This document shows, piece after piece, positions 14,262 through 24,396 of a DNA stretch of 64,000 nucleotides. Source of the DNA: Candidatus Dadabacteria bacterium (lineage in GTDB: Bacteria > Desulfobacterota_D > UBA1144 > Nemesobacterales > Nemesobacteraceae); contig OX638332.1 of NCBI GenBank assembly GCA_951812735.1, positions 18,508-82,507 on the forward strand, written 5' to 3'. A program made the translations under genes and the position numbers. Position 1 is the stretch's first letter, and the number at the start of each line of letters is the position of its first letter. The notes beneath the pieces are model-generated. The model saw only the letters and a program-made list of their open reading frames with translations, was not told where the DNA came from and ran no database searches.

Positions 14262-15131
14262 TTACGAGATCGCGCTACGGAGCGCCTCTCCCATCTCAGC
14301 CGGGCTCTTGCAGGTGGTGACTCCGGCGCGCTTAAGCGCCTGGAACTTGTCTTCGGCGCTTCCCGAACTCCCGGAAATGATGGCTCCCGCGTGACCCATT
14401 CTTTTCCCCTTGGGCGCCGTGGCTCCCGCTATGAAAGCCGCTATCGGCTTTGTGAAGCTCCGGCTTATGTACTCAGCCGCTTCTTCTTCATCCGATCCGC
14501 CGATTTCCCCTATCATTACCACCGCGTCTGTGTCAGGGTCGTTCTCAAACAGAGAAAGCGCGTCAATAAAAGTGGTTCCGATCACCGGGTCGCCTCCTAT
14601 GCCTAAGCAGGTCGATTGTCCTATGTCTAGGTTGGTAAGCTGCCAGACGGCCTCGTAGGTAAGAGTTCCGCTTCTTGAGATTATTCCCACTCTTCCGGGT
14701 TTATGAATGTACCCCGGCATTATTCCCACCTTGGCCTCTCCGGGTGTTATGACGCCCGGGCAGTTGGGTCCCACGAGCCTTGCGGGAGAACCCCTCATGT
14801 ACTCCTTTACCCTTACAACATCCAGAGTGGGTACCCCCTCGGTTATGCAGATCACAAGCTCTACGCCTGAATCAAGGGCCTCGAGCATTGAATCCATCGC
14901 GAATGCCGCAGGAACGAATACCAGGGACACGTTTGCCCCGGTTTCCCGCACCGCTTCGTCCATGGTATCGAAAACCGGGAACCCTTCGACGCTGCTTCCG
15001 CCTTTTCCGGGTGTGACGCCGCCAACGACGTTGGTTCCGTACTCACGGCACTGCGTCGCGTGGAAAAGCCCCGCGCTTCCCGTTATCCCCTGCACGAGAA
15101 CTTTAGAGTCTTTATTGACGAGAATGCTTAT
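14262..15131 (-). CDS. sucD: Succinyl-CoA synthetase alpha subunit (probable ATA start)
   Basis: [28 protein letters not shown]; in-frame upstream extension reads (I/M)[14 protein letters not shown] from ATA at 15131. Confidence 0.95.
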   Translation of the reverse strand: MSILVNKDSKVLVQGITGSAGLFHATQCREYGTNVVGGVTPGKGGSSVEGFPVFDTMDEAVRETGANVSLVFVPAAFAMDSMLEALDSGVELVICITEGVPTLDVVRVKEYMRGSPARLVGPNCPGVITPGEAKVGIMPGYIHKPGRVGIISRSGTLTYEAVWQLTNLDIGQSTCLGIGGDPVIGTTFIDALSLFENDPDTDAVVMIGEIGGSDEEEAAEYISRSFTKPIAAFIAGATAPKGKRMGHAGAIISGSSGSAEDKFQALKRAGVTTCKSPAEMGEALRSAIS

Positions 15132-15424
15132 TTTTCCGGTTCTCCCTTTTGAGCTTCATTGTTTTTCAAATGAGGGGGAACTATAACATGCCTGTCCGTT
15201 TTTTCAAAGTCCTTCGCTGCGTGTTTACAAAGATAGCGAGGGATATTTTGCAGCACTGAAACATCTTTGTTTGGGAGAGCACTACGCTGCAGTCCTTGGA
15301 ACTTTATCGCCTGGTTATGGGTAGCGATTTATAAGCGGTCTCCTGTTAGAGACTTGCTAGTTCTTCTAGGACTTATCGTTTCGTATCATACTGAAATCAC
15401 TCACAAATTGTTATAATGCTGTTT

Positions 15425-16054
15425 ATGGGCGAGCCACCGCCTATAACAGGCAGAATGATACAGATATATAAAATCAGCTTTCCTGACGGATCGGCTTACG
15501 TTGGGCAGACAAGACAGCCGGTTTCCTGCCGGCTCACGCAACATCGGAGTTCAAGTCCCTGCAATTCGATTCTGCATCGAAAGCTTCTGATAATGAAGCC
15601 GACTATTGAAGTTCTCTCTCGCCACCGCAAGCAGGAAGTTGCCGACCGGGAGGAGAAGAAGTGGATCATGCGGCTTGAAAAACCGATAAACAGATACGTA
15701 GAAGGGAAGCAGATCAACGCAAATCCCAAAGCGCCGTCGCTGCGTGACAACAGGTGGCCCAAGGAAAGAAACCGGCGGGAGAGACCCAAGTACCCTCGTC
15801 GGGCCAGCGGTTACCACGTTTGTTCCTGGTGTTGGCGGAAACTTCCCGTGTCGGAGTTTTATTCGGACTGTTGCAGGTCGGTCGGTCTTTCAAGCCGGTG
15901 CAAGAGATGTGCAGAAGCCGAAAACAGGGCCCGCCGGGAAGCGATAAAAAGAAACGGAAATACCTCCGTCGCTTATTTCCGAGCGAAATTAGCGTGTCAG
16001 GCGCTGCGGACGACGAAAACCCGGCCGGTGGTCAGAGTTTTGTATGAGAAGTAA
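15425..16054 (+). CDS. GIY-YIG family endonuclease with C-terminal CxxC...CxxC zinc ribbon
   Basis: QIYKISFPDGSAYVGQT...RLTQH...E...N; CSWC...EFY...GLSSRCKRC. Start could be 15425 or 15455. Confidence 0.75.
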   Translation: MGEPPPITGRMIQIYKISFPDGSAYVGQTRQPVSCRLTQHRSSSPCNSILHRKLLIMKPTIEVLSRHRKQEVADREEKKWIMRLEKPINRYVEGKQINANPKAPSLRDNRWPKERNRRERPKYPRRASGYHVCSWCWRKLPVSEFYSDCCRSVGLSSRCKRCAEAENRARREAIKRNGNTSVAYFRAKLACQALRTTKTRPVVRVLYEK

Positions 16055-16092
16055 GAAACAAAGCGGATTTTGTGGTAAGCGGGGTATAAAGA

Positions 16093-16965
16093 TTACTCTA
16101 TGTTCTGAATCTGCTCCCGTATTTTCTCGAGTTCAAGGCGTATGTTTATGGTAAGGTGAGAGATTCCGGCGTCCTTGCATTTTGCCGATATTGTTCCCGC
16201 TTCCCTGTTCATTTCCTGGACCAAAAAATCAAGCTCTTTCCCCACTGGCCCCTTTTTCCTGGCGGTCTTCCTGAATTTTGAGATATGGGCCTCAAGTCTC
16301 ACGATTTCTTCATCGATCTCGCTTTTCTCCGTCACTATGGCTGCGGCTTCCTGAGAGATAAGGGGATCGTTCTTATGCCTTGAGGAGAAGATTTTCTCGA
16401 TTTTCTCCTTTGTTTTTTTCTCGGATTTTTTTACGAATTCCTTTCGCTTTTTCTTTACGCTGTCAACCGCTTTTCTTATGATTTCCAGGCGCCCGAGTAT
16501 CGCTTTCTCAAGCTTCTGCCCCTCGGTTTCCCGGCTCTTGTTGAACTTTACGAGGGTTTTTATGACCGCTTCCTTGATCCTGGTCTCCGTCTCCCTTGAT
16601 ACCTCGGGTGCGATGTGGTTATCAAAGGAGTTCTCCATCATGAGCAGGTGCTCGATCCCTATATCCGTCTTAAGCCCCAGGGCGGAATTGATTCTCTTGA
16701 GGGAACTGTGGTTTTCCCGGAGCACTTTTTCGGACAGACGCTGCCTTTCCCTCCGGTTTGCCTGCACGGAAAGCCTGAGCCTGAGTTTCCCTCTCTGAAT
16801 CGAGTTTTTCATCCTGTCCTCAAGGGCGGTTTCCATCTGTAAAAACGATTCGGGGACGCTTGCCTTGACGTCAAGGAACCTGTGGTTCTCCGACCGTATG
16901 TCAACCAGGATCTTTCCGATCTCGGTGTTTACGGATGATTCCGCGAAGCCGGTCATGCTTTTCAT
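16093..16965 (-). CDS. yicC: YicC/YloC-family endoribonuclease
   Basis: MKSMTGF, RSENHRFLD, EEIVRL..H, GKELDFLVQEMNREAGTI..K, EKIREQIQNIE. Confidence 0.95.
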   Translation of the reverse strand: MKSMTGFAESSVNTEIGKILVDIRSENHRFLDVKASVPESFLQMETALEDRMKNSIQRGKLRLRLSVQANRRERQRLSEKVLRENHSSLKRINSALGLKTDIGIEHLLMMENSFDNHIAPEVSRETETRIKEAVIKTLVKFNKSRETEGQKLEKAILGRLEIIRKAVDSVKKKRKEFVKKSEKKTKEKIEKIFSSRHKNDPLISQEAAAIVTEKSEIDEEIVRLEAHISKFRKTARKKGPVGKELDFLVQEMNREAGTISAKCKDAGISHLTINIRLELEKIREQIQNIE

Positions 16966-17154
16966 ATATACGCCTCTTTCCTTTTCTGTATCAGTTTTTC
17001 TTTATTTTCCAAGCAGAATACCCGCAACGGGTTCCAATTCGCAACCGCCCCCGGGCGCGCAGAGAAAATCGCGCTGAGTTTTCCCGGAACTTGCCTGTAC
17101 CATTTTTCTCATTTAACTTCTTAGATGATTCAAAGGGTCTCCAGTCTCCGCTCC

Positions 17155-17634
17155 ATGAGAAAAGCTTATCTTTTCGTTCTGCCACTGCTGCTTCTTTCTC
17201 TCTCCTGCGCCGTACCGGTGCGAGGTTCGGACCAAAGAAGGCCACAGCCGAAAGTTTCAGCTACCAGCGTTGTAATTTCTTTTCTTGAGGCGCTTAAGGA
17301 GCGGGATTTTGAATCCGCTTACGACAAAATCCATATATTCAGCTCTGATCGCGAGGGTTACGTAAGCAGGTTTGAGCTTCTTTACGAAAACTACGATATC
17401 AGGATAGTTGACTACAGGGTCTTGGCAACCCAGCTTTTTAAGGATACCGCCATAGTGGTCGCGGAAGTGGAGGTTGACTACAGAAGGCCGGGCGAGGACA
17501 AGCGCCTTAGAACTACATACAGAAACCGTTACGATCTCTCCATACCCGATAAAAAATGGAAAATAGTAAAGGACGAATGCATTGAGAACTGCAGTTACGG
17601 GCCGGAAAGCGGAGACGGAGGAGGTCAGGAGTGA
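17155..17634 (+). CDS. Hypothetical lipoprotein (NTF2-like)
   Basis: Lipobox SLSC; ends KWKIV; overlaps the dapB start. Confidence 0.65.
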   Translation: MRKAYLFVLPLLLLSLSCAVPVRGSDQRRPQPKVSATSVVISFLEALKERDFESAYDKIHIFSSDREGYVSRFELLYENYDIRIVDYRVLATQLFKDTAIVVAEVEVDYRRPGEDKRLRTTYRNRYDLSIPDKKWKIVKDECIENCSYGPESGDGGGQE

Positions 17635-18431
17635 TAAAAGTTGCGGTAGCAGGTGTGTGCGGGCGCATGGGAATGAGCGTGGCTTCGCTTGCCGGTGCTG
17701 ACGGTGATATAGATCTCGTGGGAGCGACGGAGGTGGCGGGGCATGTTTCGGTAGGTCGCGACCTCGGGGATTTCGTCGCGGGCGCAAAGTCGGGAGTGAG
17801 CGTGAGCGACAGCATTGAGGAGGCTGCCGGGGCTTCGGACGTGATAATTGACTTCACCGTTCCCGAGGCGACCCTTGCCCACGCCGAATATTCGGTCCGT
17901 AACGGAAAATCGATGGTCATAGGAACGACGGGCTTTACAGCGGAGCAGAGGGAGAAGCTCCTTGGGCTCCTTGAGCAGATACCGTGCGTTTTCGCTCCCA
18001 ATATGAGCGTCGGCGTCAATATCCTTTTCGAGATATCAAGACAGGTGGCGTTTCATCTGGGAGAGAGCTACGACGCTGAGATCTTCGAGACTCATCACAG
18101 GGGGAAAGTCGATTCTCCGAGCGGAACGGCAATTGCGCTTGCAGAAGCCGTCGCCTCGGGCCTCGGGCGAGAACTTGGGGACGTGGCGAAATATGAAAGA
18201 TACGGGCGGATAGGGGCGAGAGAGAAGGGGGAGATAGGTATTCAGACGCTTCGGGGAGGAGACGTGGTAGGGGACCACACCGTCATGTTCCTTGGCGACG
18301 GAGAGAGAGTGGAGCTCACCCACAAAGCGACTACCAGGGAGAATTTCTCTGCGGGCGCGCTTCGCGCGGCGAAATGGGTTCCGGGAAACCCCCCGGGAGT
18401 CTACACGATGCGGGACGTGCTGGGATTCTGA
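17631..18431 (+). CDS. dapB: 4-hydroxy-tetrahydrodipicolinate reductase
   Basis: GVCGRMG, IDFT, GTTG, ETHHRGKVDSPSGTA. Confidence 0.97.
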   Translation: MIKVAVAGVCGRMGMSVASLAGADGDIDLVGATEVAGHVSVGRDLGDFVAGAKSGVSVSDSIEEAAGASDVIIDFTVPEATLAHAEYSVRNGKSMVIGTTGFTAEQREKLLGLLEQIPCVFAPNMSVGVNILFEISRQVAFHLGESYDAEIFETHHRGKVDSPSGTAIALAEAVASGLGRELGDVAKYERYGRIGAREKGEIGIQTLRGGDVVGDHTVMFLGDGERVELTHKATTRENFSAGALRAAKWVPGNPPGVYTMRDVLGF

Positions 18432-18451
18432 TCCCGAAGCGTTTATCCACC

Positions 18452-19558
18452 ATGTACAGGTTCAGGCTTATCGAGAAGGAAAGGAGCGGTTCCGCCAGGC
18501 TCGGGGAAATCCGCACTTCCCGCGAAACGGTTGCGACTCCTGCCTTCATGCCCGTGGCGACCCAGGGCGCGTGCAAGGCCATCTCTCCGCTTGATCTGCA
18601 CCGCCTCGGTTTCAGGATCCTTATAGCAAACGCCTACCATCTCTACTTAAGGCCCGGCACGGACGTGGTAAGCTCCCTAGGCGGGCTTCACCGCTACATG
18701 TCGTGGAACGGCGCGATCGTCACGGACAGCGGCGGTTACCAGGTCCTCAGCCTAGCGAAAAGCAGAAAGATCACGGAAGACGGAGTCTCTTTCCGCTCCC
18801 ACATAGACGGAAGCGAACATTTCTTCTCGCCCCGCACCTCCATAGAAGTCCAGGAGGATCTGGGCTCTGACGTGATGATGTGTTTTGACGAGTGCCCGGC
18901 CCATGATTCTCCCTATGACTATATGGAGAAGTCAGTCTCTCTTACTACGCGCTGGGCGAAGCTTTGCAAGGAAGCGAGGCGGGACCGCTCCAGGGCCCTT
19001 TTCGGTATAGTGCAGGGAGGGGTATATGAGGATCTTCGGGCGCGCTCGGCGGGAGAACTTGTAGATATAGGCTTTGACGGTTACTCGATAGGGGGGCTTG
19101 GAATCGGCGAGTCAAGCGGGGCCACTTTTGAAATTACCGAGCTCTGCGCGGGGCTTTTGCCCGAAGACAGGCTCCGCTACCTGATGGGTATCGGGACTCC
19201 GGGAGACATAGTGAGAGCGGTCTCGCTTGGAGTTGATCTTTTCGACTGCGTCATCCCGACCCGCAACGCTCGCAACGGAACTCTCTTTACAAGCCGGGGA
19301 AAAGTGGTTATAAAAAACTCCCGTTACGCGTACGACCGCTCCGCGCTTGACGAGAATTGCGGCTGTTACACGTGCGGAAATTTCTCAAGGTCGTATCTGA
19401 GGCATATATTCATGGCCGGAGAGATTCTCTCTCTTCAGCTTCTGACCCTTCATAACCTCTATTATTACTCCGAACTGATGAGAAAAATAAGGGAATCGAT
19501 AAAAACCGACACTTTCAGGCAGTTCCGCTCGGAGCTAAGCGATGCGGAGGAGGAATAG
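18452..19558 (+). CDS. tgt: Queuine tRNA-ribosyltransferase
   Basis: TPAFMPVAT, TDSGGYQ, GIVQGG, DCVIPTRNAR, CGCYTC zinc site, HNL. Confidence 0.97.
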   Translation: MYRFRLIEKERSGSARLGEIRTSRETVATPAFMPVATQGACKAISPLDLHRLGFRILIANAYHLYLRPGTDVVSSLGGLHRYMSWNGAIVTDSGGYQVLSLAKSRKITEDGVSFRSHIDGSEHFFSPRTSIEVQEDLGSDVMMCFDECPAHDSPYDYMEKSVSLTTRWAKLCKEARRDRSRALFGIVQGGVYEDLRARSAGELVDIGFDGYSIGGLGIGESSGATFEITELCAGLLPEDRLRYLMGIGTPGDIVRAVSLGVDLFDCVIPTRNARNGTLFTSRGKVVIKNSRYAYDRSALDENCGCYTCGNFSRSYLRHIFMAGEILSLQLLTLHNLYYYSELMRKIRESIKTDTFRQFRSELSDAEEE

Positions 19559-19561
19559 AAA

Positions 19562-19939
19562 TTGAGAAAACTTGCTTTTGTCGCCACTTTGGCGCTTTTC
19601 GTTTCATCATGCATGCCTCCCGGAGCGGGGCAGGGAGGAGCGGGGGGAACTACGTTCTCGGCCATACTCCCGTTTGTTGCCATATTCGCCCTTTTCTACT
19701 TTCTTATCATAAGACCCCAGCAGCGCCAGAGCCGTGAGCGAAAGCAGATGCTCGCCGAAGTGAAAAGGGGTGACAGTATTGTTACCACCGGCGGCATATA
19801 CGGCAGGGTGATAAACGTTGACGGGGACGACCTCACGGTCGAGATAGCTAAAGGCATTAACATAAAGATGGTCCGCTCCGGCATCTCGGACAAGACCGAA
19901 CCTGCAGCCGCTGACGGCAAATCCAAGGGGGGCGGCTGA
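19562..19939 (+). CDS. yajC: Preprotein translocase subunit YajC
   Basis: FYFLIIRPQ...GDSIVTTGGIYG; tgt-yajC-secDF synteny. Confidence 0.96.
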   Translation: MRKLAFVATLALFVSSCMPPGAGQGGAGGTTFSAILPFVAIFALFYFLIIRPQQRQSRERKQMLAEVKRGDSIVTTGGIYGRVINVDGDDLTVEIAKGINIKMVRSGISDKTEPAAADGKSKGGG

Positions 19940-19942
19940 TTA

Positions 19943-21544
19943 ATGCAAGGCGTGTCCCGTGTCTGGGTTAGCGTTATCATTCTTTTTTCCTTTCTCTCCG
20001 TAATACTCCTTACGCCGACCTTTATGGGTGATAAGCTTCCCTCGTGGTGGGGGAAGGTGTTTTCAAGCAAAGGGATGAGTCTCGGGCTTGATCTTGAGGG
20101 GGGAATATTCCTTCTTCTCGGCGTTGAGACCGAAGAGGGCGTGGAACAGGAAATGCTTATCGTGGAGGAGTCCCTGGTCTCGAAATTCACGAAAGACAGG
20201 ATTCTGGTGAAAAATTCCTCCGTTTCCGACGGAACCCTCACGGTCGGTCTTTTCCCGGGCGCGGATATAGACAAGGCGCTTGAGATTGCGCGCGAGGAAT
20301 TTGAGGAGATAACGAATATAGATTCCGACGGTTTCCGGATCAGGCTTTCCGTAAAGCCGTCCTACGTGGATGAGCTTGAGCGAAACTCAATAGAACGTGT
20401 TCGCCACATAATAGAAAACCGCGTTAAGGATTTCGGTCTCGTGGAGCCGAGCATACAGAAATCAGGCGACGACAGGATCCTTGTGCAGGTGCCGGGAGCT
20501 TCCAAAAAAGACAGACAGAGAATAGTGAACCTGATCAAAAAGACGGCCGTTTTGGAATTCAAGATCGTACAAGCCGTCGGGGCGTCGAGGGAGAACCTCC
20601 TTGCGGCGGCCGAATCTGAAAACGAAAAGGATGTTGCGCAGAAAGGACTTGCCATCCATGCGGGAGACACCGGGAACGAGAACGAAAAGTTTTTTCTGAC
20701 CGAGAGGCTTGCGAGCGTGACCGGAGAGTATATCTCCGACGCGCGGATAACGTTTGATAACTATGGAAATCCTGCGGTCGGATTCACGTTCAAGGGAGAG
20801 GGCGCGAGCAGGTTCGGGAAGCTCACCGAAGACAATATCGGCGAGCGCCTCGCAATAGTTCTGGACAGCGTGATAAAATCCGCTCCCACTATCCAGGACA
20901 AGATAACTTACCAGGGCACCATAACCGGGACTTTCACCCCCGATGAGGCAAAAGACCTCGCGCTTATCCTGAGGTCCGGCTCTCTTCCCGTTCCGGTAAG
21001 GGTGGAGCAGGAAAGAACCGTGGGTCCTTCCCTGGGGCAGGACTCGATAGAAAAGGGAAGATTCTCCATGATCGTGGGCGGCATACTTGTTCTGGTGTTC
21101 ATGGTCTTTTTCTACAGGATTCAGGGCGTGGTAGCGAACGCCGCCCTAGTGCTCAACATACTTTTCATAATGGGCTTTCTCTCCGCTTTCGGCGTTACGC
21201 TTACGCTTCCGGGCATAGCGGGGCTTGTCCTCACGCTCGGCATGGCGGTTGACGGGAACATCATCATATTCGAGAGGATAAAAGAGGAACTCGTCGCGGG
21301 GAAAACCGCGGTTCACTCGATTGAGACTGGATACGCAAGATCCGTCTGGACCATACTTGACGCGAACGTAACGACGCTTCTTACGGCGCTTATACTTTTC
21401 TGGCTCGGCACGGGTCCCATAAAGGGCTTCGCGGCAACTCTTTCAATCGGAATAGTGTCGACCGTTTTCAGCAATTTAATTGTGGCGAGAGTTTTTACGA
21501 ACATGCTCTACAGGGACAAAAAACTGACAGAGGTAAGTATCTGA
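19943..21544 (+). CDS. secD: Protein translocase subunit SecD
   Basis: LGLDLEGG, LRSGSLP, VGPSLG, GMAVDGNIIIFERIKEE. Confidence 0.97.
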   Translation: MQGVSRVWVSVIILFSFLSVILLTPTFMGDKLPSWWGKVFSSKGMSLGLDLEGGIFLLLGVETEEGVEQEMLIVEESLVSKFTKDRILVKNSSVSDGTLTVGLFPGADIDKALEIAREEFEEITNIDSDGFRIRLSVKPSYVDELERNSIERVRHIIENRVKDFGLVEPSIQKSGDDRILVQVPGASKKDRQRIVNLIKKTAVLEFKIVQAVGASRENLLAAAESENEKDVAQKGLAIHAGDTGNENEKFFLTERLASVTGEYISDARITFDNYGNPAVGFTFKGEGASRFGKLTEDNIGERLAIVLDSVIKSAPTIQDKITYQGTITGTFTPDEAKDLALILRSGSLPVPVRVEQERTVGPSLGQDSIEKGRFSMIVGGILVLVFMVFFYRIQGVVANAALVLNILFIMGFLSAFGVTLTLPGIAGLVLTLGMAVDGNIIIFERIKEELVAGKTAVHSIETGYARSVWTILDANVTTLLTALILFWLGTGPIKGFAATLSIGIVSTVFSNLIVARVFTNMLYRDKKLTEVSI

Positions 21545-21554
21545 GGGTGTTAAA

Positions 21555-22466
21555 GTGCGGCTTATAGGAAAACTGAATTACGACTTCGTGGAGAAGATGG
21601 GGGGCGCGATGCGCATTTCCATCGCGCTTGCGGTCATTTCCATCGCTTCTTTGCTTTATCACCAGGGCCCTAACTGGGGGGTCGAGTTCACGGGCGGAAC
21701 GGAGATACACATAAAGCTTGCCAAGAGCCTTGAGACCGACGTTTTAAAAGGGGAGCTTGCCGAGAGCGGCTTTCCCTCCGAATCGGTTCAGCGCTTCGGC
21801 CTTCCGGGCGATAACGAGCACCTCATACAGTTTGCTCCCGAACTTGCGACTTTTGATCAGATAGGTGATTTTCAGAAAAGCCTTGAGGACCTTTTCGCGG
21901 AATCAGAGAATTTTCAGGGAGCTTCAATCCAGAGGATAGACTACATAGGTCCCAGGGTGGGGAAGGAACTCATAACCAAGGCTCTTCTCTCCATACTGAT
22001 TGCGTGCGTCGGCATACTCGGTTACCTGGTCTTGAGGTTTGAATTCGGTTTTGCCGTGGGAGCGGTTATCGCGCTTATTCACGACACCCTTATAACCGTG
22101 GGGGCAATATCGCTTGCGGACAAGGAGTTTACCCTCGCGATCGTAGCCGCGCTTCTGACCGTGATAGGTTACTCGGTTAACGACACCATCGTCATATTCG
22201 ACAGGATAAGGGAGAACATGGGGAATTTCCCCGAAAAGGGCTTCAGGGAGCTTGTCAACGATGGAATAAGCCAGACGCTATCGCGTACGCTGCTCACGGC
22301 GATAACGGTGTTCATAGTGCTTGTCCCGCTGTTTTTCCTCGGCGGCTCCGTAATACACGATTTTGCGTTTACCCTTATGGTGGGGGTTGTCATAGGGACC
22401 TACTCGTCGGTTTTTGTGGCAAGCGCCTTCGTGGTTTACTGGAGAAAAAGAAAGGCGGCAGGATAG
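21555..22466 (+). CDS. secF: Protein translocase subunit SecF
   Basis: GVEFTGG, IGYSVNDTIVIFDRIRE, GTYSS. Confidence 0.97.
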   Translation: MRLIGKLNYDFVEKMGGAMRISIALAVISIASLLYHQGPNWGVEFTGGTEIHIKLAKSLETDVLKGELAESGFPSESVQRFGLPGDNEHLIQFAPELATFDQIGDFQKSLEDLFAESENFQGASIQRIDYIGPRVGKELITKALLSILIACVGILGYLVLRFEFGFAVGAVIALIHDTLITVGAISLADKEFTLAIVAALLTVIGYSVNDTIVIFDRIRENMGNFPEKGFRELVNDGISQTLSRTLLTAITVFIVLVPLFFLGGSVIHDFAFTLMVGVVIGTYSSVFVASAFVVYWRKRKAAG

Positions 22467-22581
22467 AAACCGCCTTGGCGTACGCTCCGCCGCAGAATAG
22501 GGCTCTCCGCTTTGATAATCGGTCCCATAACGGTTAAATATTTCCAGTTTTGCTTCTGAAAACACACAACCCGGGCAGATA

Positions 22582-23601
22582 ATGGAAAGAAGACTGCAAG
22601 AGATAAGAAACCAGATAGATTCTGACCTTGAGGAGGTCTCGACGGAAGCCGATCTCCTCAGGGTAAAGGCAAGCTACGTCGGAAAAAAAGGATCTCTCAC
22701 GCAGCTTCTTAAATCCATGAAAGACCTCCCCGCTTCCGAGCGCCGCGAGGCGGGCATTCTCATAAACAGAACCAAGAATGAAATCGAGGAACTGATCGAG
22801 AAGAGATCCGACGAGATAAAGCGCAAGATCATGGACGAAAAGCTCCTTGAGGAGGCAACCGACTTCACTTTGCCCGGCCGCGGAATGCCGGTCGGCGCCA
22901 AGCACCCCATAACCCAGGTGATGGAGCGCATAGTTTATGATTTTGAGAGGATGGGATTCGAAGTTGCCGAGGGTCCCGAAGTCGAGCTTGATTACTATAA
23001 TTTCGAGGCGCTTAACATACCGAAAAACCACCCCGCGAGAGACATGCAGGACACTTTCTACATAACCGACGACATGGTGCTTAGGACCCATACTTCCCCG
23101 GTGCAGATACGGATCATGCAGACCCAGCAGCCTCCGGTGAAGATAATAGCCCCTGGAAAGGTCTACCGGTGCGACAGCGACGTTTCCCACACCCCGATGT
23201 TCCACCAGATAGAGGGTCTTCTGGTCGATAAAGGCATAACTTTCGGAAACTTAAAGTCCGTCATTATCCAGTTCGTAAAACTCACTTTCGGTGAGAACAC
23301 AAACGTGAGGTTCCGCCCGAGTTTTTTCCCCTTCACCGAGCCCAGCGCCGAGGTGGACATAGAGTGTCAGATATGTTCCGGAAACGGATGCAGGGTATGC
23401 AAGGGGACCGGCTGGCTTGAGATAATGGGATGCGGAATGGTCGATCCCGCGGTTTTCTCGAGCGTTAACTACAACACTGACATCTATTCGGGTTTTGCTT
23501 TCGGTATGGGGGTTGAGAGAATCGCCATGCTTAAGTACGGGATAAACGACATAAGGCTTTTCTTTGAGAACGACGTAAGGTTTTTAAGGCAGTTCGTATA
23601 G
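22582..23601 (+). CDS. pheS: Phenylalanyl-tRNA synthetase alpha subunit
   Basis: [37 protein letters not shown]. Confidence 0.98.
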   Translation: MERRLQEIRNQIDSDLEEVSTEADLLRVKASYVGKKGSLTQLLKSMKDLPASERREAGILINRTKNEIEELIEKRSDEIKRKIMDEKLLEEATDFTLPGRGMPVGAKHPITQVMERIVYDFERMGFEVAEGPEVELDYYNFEALNIPKNHPARDMQDTFYITDDMVLRTHTSPVQIRIMQTQQPPVKIIAPGKVYRCDSDVSHTPMFHQIEGLLVDKGITFGNLKSVIIQFVKLTFGENTNVRFRPSFFPFTEPSAEVDIECQICSGNGCRVCKGTGWLEIMGCGMVDPAVFSSVNYNTDIYSGFAFGMGVERIAMLKYGINDIRLFFENDVRFLRQFV

Positions 23602-23771
23602 TTTTTCGAGGGACTGCTGTCGGATAGGACCGTTTTTTATGGTTCACTTTGTTTTACCGTATAGGAACCATCAGATTAAACAGTATTCTGGGTTTAAAAA
23701 ATATCTTTTATATGAGGGTAATACGAATCGGATATTAAACAAGATTCGAGAGACTAGAAAGGAGAACACCC

Positions 23772-24335
23772 ATGGGAATCAAACCTGATCACTGGATAAG
23801 GAAAATGGCACTTGAGCACAAGATGATAGACCCTTTCGTCGAAGGGCAGGTAAGCAAGGGCGTTATATCGTACGGCCTTTCCTCTTACGGCTACGACATC
23901 AGGGTAAGCAATGAGTTCAAGGTGTTCACAAACCTGCACAGCGCTGTTGTGGACCCGAAGAATTTTGATACCAAGTCCTTTGTGGAGATAGAGGACGATT
24001 ACTGCATAATTCCTCCAAACTCCTTCGCGCTCGCCAAAACTGTTGAGTATTTCAGGATACCCAGGAGCACCGTTACCGTCTGCGTCGGGAAATCCACTTA
24101 TGCAAGGTGCGGGATAATCGTTAATGTCACTCCTTTTGAGCCCGAGTGGGAGGGGTATGTGACGCTTGAGATCTCGAATACGACCCCCATTCCCGCAAAG
24201 ATATATTCGAACGAGGGAATCGCCCAGGTGCTCTTTTTCGAAGGTGACGAAGGGTGCGAGGTCTCCTACGCGGACAAGAAAGGAAAATACCAGAAACAGA
24301 TCGGCATCACGCATCCGAAAATTTCCCAGGCGTAG
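23772..24335 (+). CDS. dcd: dCTP deaminase
   Basis: [31 protein letters not shown]. Confidence 0.96.
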   Translation: MGIKPDHWIRKMALEHKMIDPFVEGQVSKGVISYGLSSYGYDIRVSNEFKVFTNLHSAVVDPKNFDTKSFVEIEDDYCIIPPNSFALAKTVEYFRIPRSTVTVCVGKSTYARCGIIVNVTPFEPEWEGYVTLEISNTTPIPAKIYSNEGIAQVLFFEGDEGCEVSYADKKGKYQKQIGITHPKISQA

Positions 24336-24396
24336 ATCGGCAGTTGGCCTTTTGTACTGATTTTAAAGTACTGAGCGAAGAGATCCGACCCGGGCG

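Noticed and set aside
22467..22581. T-box or attenuator upstream of pheS
   Set aside because: No T-box consensus or Phe-rich leader peptide is visible.
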